A stretch of DNA of 32,000 nt, from the NCBI GenBank assembly GCA_963662715.1, contig OY759724.1, positions 1,230,001-1,262,000 on the forward strand, written 5' to 3'. The notes beneath the pieces were generated by a model. That model did not search any database and had not been told where the DNA came from. It saw nothing but the letters and a program-made list of their open reading frames with translations. Shown here piece after piece: positions 30,801 to 32,000 of the stretch. This DNA is from Candidatus Omnitrophota bacterium. Its GTDB lineage: Bacteria; Omnitrophota; Gorgyraeia; Zapsychrales; JANLHA01. A program made the translations under genes and the position numbers. How positions within the stretch are numbered: position 1 is the stretch's first letter; every line of letters starts with the position of its first letter.

Positions 30801-32000
30801 CCTGTCATGCTCTGTGTGAGGTCAATCAAATCTTCATACAGCTTAACTTCACCCTGGTCTACAGAATCTTGAATTAAATCTTTGATATCATCAAAAGCCG
30901 CGCTTTCCTTGGCGTCCACAACAGCGCTGTCCGGAATCGGCATAATCTCCTGCTCCGGAGCGAGACTCTGTTCGGCAACCCGTAAAACCGGTTTAATTTC
31001 AGCATCAAATATTTCCTGTGCTTCTGACTTGGTGATCTTGGCAACGTCCGCCATGCGGGGCAGGGTAATATTAACATTATCGTCCTGCAATTTCACATAG
31101 GCGGCAGCCAAAGCCTGTCCTTTGGGAGAAATCCTTAAGGCATCGCCATACTGAACGACATCCTGAGGTGCTGATATGTAATTCTCTTGAATATAGGTCT
31201 TGGCCCTGGCCATTTCAGATCTGGCTTCAATGGATTTCTTCGGGCTGTTCTGGGTTTCACGGCTGTATGACAAGAGTAGATCAATAAACTTCTTAGGCTC
31301 AGTTCTTAAATCTGTCCGATCCAGTTCCTCCAGGATATCCGCTGCCTTAACGCTGACTCTTCCTCTGCCTTTGGTTAACTGAGCTTTAAACGGTTCGGCC
31401 TTCTTGACCGGACTGGACGTCGTGGCATTAACCACCGCGGATTGTGTCCCGTAATTCTCCGTGAGAATCTGCTGGAATTTAACCCGGTCGCTTGCGCGTA
31501 AAGAAATGATCTCATTACCGAATTTTTCAATCGTCTCAGCATCATCACTGTAAACCTTGACCCTGTTGCCGCGGGAAGTGACGGTAGGCGGAATACTCTG
31601 TTCCACTTTGGCTAATTTATCAACCGTAGGAATGAGTTCTCCGGCTGTCTGACCATCCAAATCAGAATCAACAACATTTGCCGTTAACCGGACCTTAGCA
31701 TCAACATCTATATTCTGATTAATTTCCTGCTCAACGGCATCAACGAAAGCCACAAAATCTTCTTCTTTTAAGTCGCGGTTAATGCCCTTGGGGATAACCA
31801 AATAGAAATTGTCCGGCGGGCCGCGAACCAAGCGCACGCCTCTGAGGTTTTGAGACTTTAATACTTTATTATAGGCTTCTGCCGAGGTCAGGATGACATT
31901 ATTCGCCAGTTCATGATCAGAGAATTCATTAATTACCTTAAATCCGAATTCCCCGTTATCATTTCCGCGCAAAGCATCGACAGTAAACTTGCCGGTGGCT
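1..32000 (-). CDS. Internal fragment of one giant ORF (10,666 complete codons, neither start nor stop in window). It encodes a multidomain membrane-associated protein with a peptidoglycan-hydrolase module and several in-frame tandem repeat arrays.
   Basis: The frame has codons at + coordinates 3n+2..3n+4, read from 31999 down to 2. I scanned the 60-nt lines by hand and found no tta/cta/tca (reverse complements of TAA/TAG/TGA) at a position equal to 2 mod 3. Interior copies of the three arrays were covered by the argument that their periods of 87, 111 and 615 bp are multiples of 3. The same frame gives canonical M23 and SLT motifs, hydrophobic helices and all the repeat peptides. None of the 12 minus-strand ORFs in the track is in this frame. 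The frame is missing from the track because it never closes. It reads ATGKFTVDALRGNDNGEFGFKVINEF at the 32000 end and NDGKTLSQVRGYEYFV at the 1 end. Confidence 0.92.
2440..2850 (-). other. Coiled-coil-like helical segment
   Basis: Translation gives AQAEEAQKEIEEYTERIRELEAEIAEIEERIAKETEERLAAEAAAV ... ALELQKKVLEERKRVAETQRGASEERLSGLSERIESM. Confidence 0.5.
4850..5950 (-). other. Beta-rich, aromatic-rich region with alternating polar/apolar strands (OMP-barrel-like character)
   Basis: Explicit translation of 5160->4862 gives TRYYALLGATYSWKTFSMSVDQAFGDSDRLSLRSNVGPFSGYYQRENDLETYGVQYSKKGISLGAFVNQYGDYGATASVRRNITKELEYEARYSTTGEP. Sequence of the same style continues upstream to about 5950. Confidence 0.35.
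5990..8060 (-). other. Alpha-helical / coiled-coil-rich region
   Basis: Long E/K/R/L/Q-rich stretches are present. Examples are QELEKQMVERDDDVVQQRLAAWKSFLQ, RRRELAETEAGLLREKQSLLRRSIELN and NLREANKLAEAEEDYEQLKLDAKRQVNAVADAANDYNDQLVALRQYL. No heptad analysis was run. Confidence 0.5.
11030..11290 (-). other. Domain: degenerate M23-like / barrel-sandwich domain lacking the metal-binding histidines
   Basis: Explicit translation gives RSYMDGTVISVEPGPFGEEIIIESETVEEGSGKTVKVQQIFGHLTGTNVNLVGQEIKAGTILGLAGTFRTETTAQSEYV. The M23 scaffold pattern is kept (G.V..V, Y/F.HL, V..G..V..G..IG..G). The HLHFE position reads SEYVFKL, and no HxxxD motif is seen upstream. Confidence 0.45.
12150..12560 (-). other. Domain: soluble lytic transglycosylase (SLT / GH23-like) within the giant ORF
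   Basis: Explicit translation of 12496->12422 gives ESRFKPRAVSRAGATGIMQIMPGTW, which contains the catalytic Glu-Ser and the GxxQ.MP.TW signature. Translation of 12240->12182 gives YTLAGYNAGPGYSAGYYPRV, which contains the AYNAGPG-type motif. Confidence 0.88.
12870..13200 (-). other. Domain: M23 (LytM/lysostaphin-type) zinc metallopeptidase, with catalytic motifs present
   Basis: Translation gives RIGSVNGHGGIDILLPEDVELKSPVSGRVIH...FFIFFHLNDYEVEEGDKVEAGEVFALSGKTGNAETTVAHVHMEI. The HxxxD motif (HGGID) has His at 13163-13165 and Asp at 13151-13153. The HxH motif (HVH) lies at 12893-12901. Confidence 0.82.
14160..15380 (-). other. Cluster of hydrophobic, predicted transmembrane helices (roughly 6-9 by eye)
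   Basis: Translated segments include LLIHAGIAAAGIALVPTMAGSLIAIFGVSSLIMAGLALFV, IALVSLAAGAVVGALFMPLTLTAVATTAFWI, AIFGYLAPYLVKVVWNFFW and LLAWLVSAFPVPFGIVRFAV. Further segments are MLLISGVIGHALVISIFGM and ALTGFWLGVPLATVFYLGYLPVFLM. The helices are separated by charged loops. Confidence 0.7.
16215..18036 (-). repeat. In-frame tandem repeat, 87 bp (29 aa) x about 21 copies; peptide unit GKVKEFMARDYRKTVEHLTAAWTALRSVP
   Basis: The period of 87 bp was counted directly. The antisense + ORF 15986..18232 shows 21 ERCPG..ARY(T/A)S units. Copies differ at only a few positions. Confidence 0.97.
18090..18290 (-). other. Hydrophobic helix pair (predicted TM hairpin) immediately N-terminal to the 29-aa repeat array
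   Basis: Translation gives FRAAATGTIKSAILYLIVSYGLGKGLTVGLPVVAKTVPVVATTVGAVWPVLLIIPGLMLGARVY. Confidence 0.6.
19475..20948 (-). repeat. In-frame tandem repeat, 615 bp (205 aa) x about 2.4 near-identical copies
   Basis: The identical 80-aa antisense ORFs at 19901..20143 and 20516..20758 are 615 bp apart. Copy junctions fall near 19475, 20090 and 20705, and the third copy diverges at about 20948. The unit peptide includes ...IGQAVSTVEAYEESAEGVLSSIAELLRAWIAKAIEVISGSEDVLRRVLRVLPVGIKVSAAEDKALADELDLRIAQANRVV.... Confidence 0.93.
20949..21700 (-). repeat. Diverged relatives of the 615-bp unit (degenerate repeats)
   Basis: The stretch 21175-21270 (ttatcctcagcagcacctacttctatataagcag...gcaccgcttattgcttcaac) is recognisably similar to ttatcctcagcagcgcttacctttatacctacagg...gaaccacttatcacctcgatcgc in the 615-bp unit. 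This was aligned by eye only. Confidence 0.45.
22386..23617 (-). repeat. In-frame tandem repeat, 111 bp (37 aa). Nine core copies lie at 22500-23498, eight of them apparently identical, bracketed by two diverged units of the same family.
   Basis: The string acacgagccg recurs at 22500, 22611 and so on, giving a period of 111. The core peptide is VVVASATSEAKTEVREKHATRTSVAAGVSSTIAESAR by explicit translation. The flanking units (22386-22495 and 23511-23617) are about 95 percent identical to each other. Both encode ...NWVRNANRGDDNANGVSSAIVES.... Confidence 0.95.
23870..24310 (-). other. P/A/S/T/G-rich low-complexity linker
   Basis: Translation includes SRAPPEEQPLAPPVVVTEPVAPPQLPVQAVPSSPIFIPALP and ITSSPFSSPAPVEEPAPGGGTAGATGTAKAKT. 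Confidence 0.7.
25370..25650 (-). other. P/A/T/S-rich low-complexity linker
   Basis: Translation includes IEQPASTPAAVPAAPATVLPLLPGMDATTMPSMGLLAQTPSAAS and AAAMPPAILPSPTTTTATAGEE. Confidence 0.7.
28690..29760 (-). repeat. Three clusters of 69-bp (23-aa) modules; unit peptide GGMMQVSSSVIQPSPMTMTETQA, separated by P/S/T/V-rich spacers
   Basis: The string ggcgacgg recurs at 29124 and 29193, giving a period of 69. Explicit translation of 29220->29102 gives SSSVIQPSPMTMTETQAGGMMQVSSSVIQPSPMTMTETQ. The clusters lie at about 29590-29760, 29060-29310 and 28690-28850. Confidence 0.85.

Noticed and set aside
108-31382. All remaining + strand ORFs in the track (for example 1526..2539 at 337 aa, 5177..5947 at 256 aa and 7410..8060 at 216 aa), and the 11 other short minus-strand ORFs in frames 0 and 2
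   Set aside because: Every one overlaps the uninterrupted minus-strand coding frame. Their sequences are Arg/Ser/Cys/Leu-rich low-complexity strings typical of off-frame or antisense translation, and none carries a recognisable motif.
1-32000. Alternative genetic code (stop-codon reassignment) as the explanation for the lack of long ORFs in the track
   Set aside because: It is not needed. The coding frame contains no TAA, TAG or TGA at all under the standard code. The track simply cannot report an ORF that has no stop inside the window.

Overview
The whole 32,000-nt window lies inside one uninterrupted minus-strand reading frame. Its codons occupy + coordinates 3n+2..3n+4, giving 10,666 sense codons with no start boundary and no stop in the window. 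It is therefore an internal fragment of a giant gene encoding more than 10,666 aa. The supplied ORF track misses it because the frame never closes. Essentially all listed + strand ORFs are antisense shadows, and the listed minus-strand ORFs are out-of-frame shadows. Reading N to C (32000 down to 1), I see these regions in order. (1) About 2 kb of unassigned globular sequence. (2) An S/P/T/M-rich region with 23-aa modules carrying a recurrent GG[ML][ML]xVSS motif (29.76-28.69 kb). (3) About 2.7 kb of an AT-richer unassigned domain. (4) P/A/T-rich linkers. (5) A 37-aa x 9 near-perfect tandem array flanked by two diverged units (23.6-22.4 kb). (6) A 205-aa x 2.4 near-identical array (20.95-19.48 kb). 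(7) A pair of hydrophobic helices (18.29-18.09 kb). (8) A 29-aa x 21 tandem array (18.04-16.2 kb). (9) A cluster of roughly 6-9 hydrophobic helices (15.38-14.16 kb). (10) A catalytically intact-looking M23 metallopeptidase domain (13.2-12.87 kb), immediately followed by an SLT/GH23 lytic transglycosylase domain (12.56-12.15 kb). (11) A degenerate M23-like barrel (11.29-11.03 kb). (12) About 11 kb of coiled-coil-rich and beta-rich sequence ending in a diverged tandem ~188-aa module. I found no RNA genes, CRISPR array, mobile element or intergenic DNA. The architecture is a membrane-embedded giant protein with a peptidoglycan-degrading module and several recently expanded in-frame repeat arrays. 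As I recall, it resembles giant genes reported from metagenomes of predatory ultra-small bacteria such as Ca. Omnitrophota. Taxon and function cannot be established from this window. All coordinates and translations were done by hand and should be recomputed.
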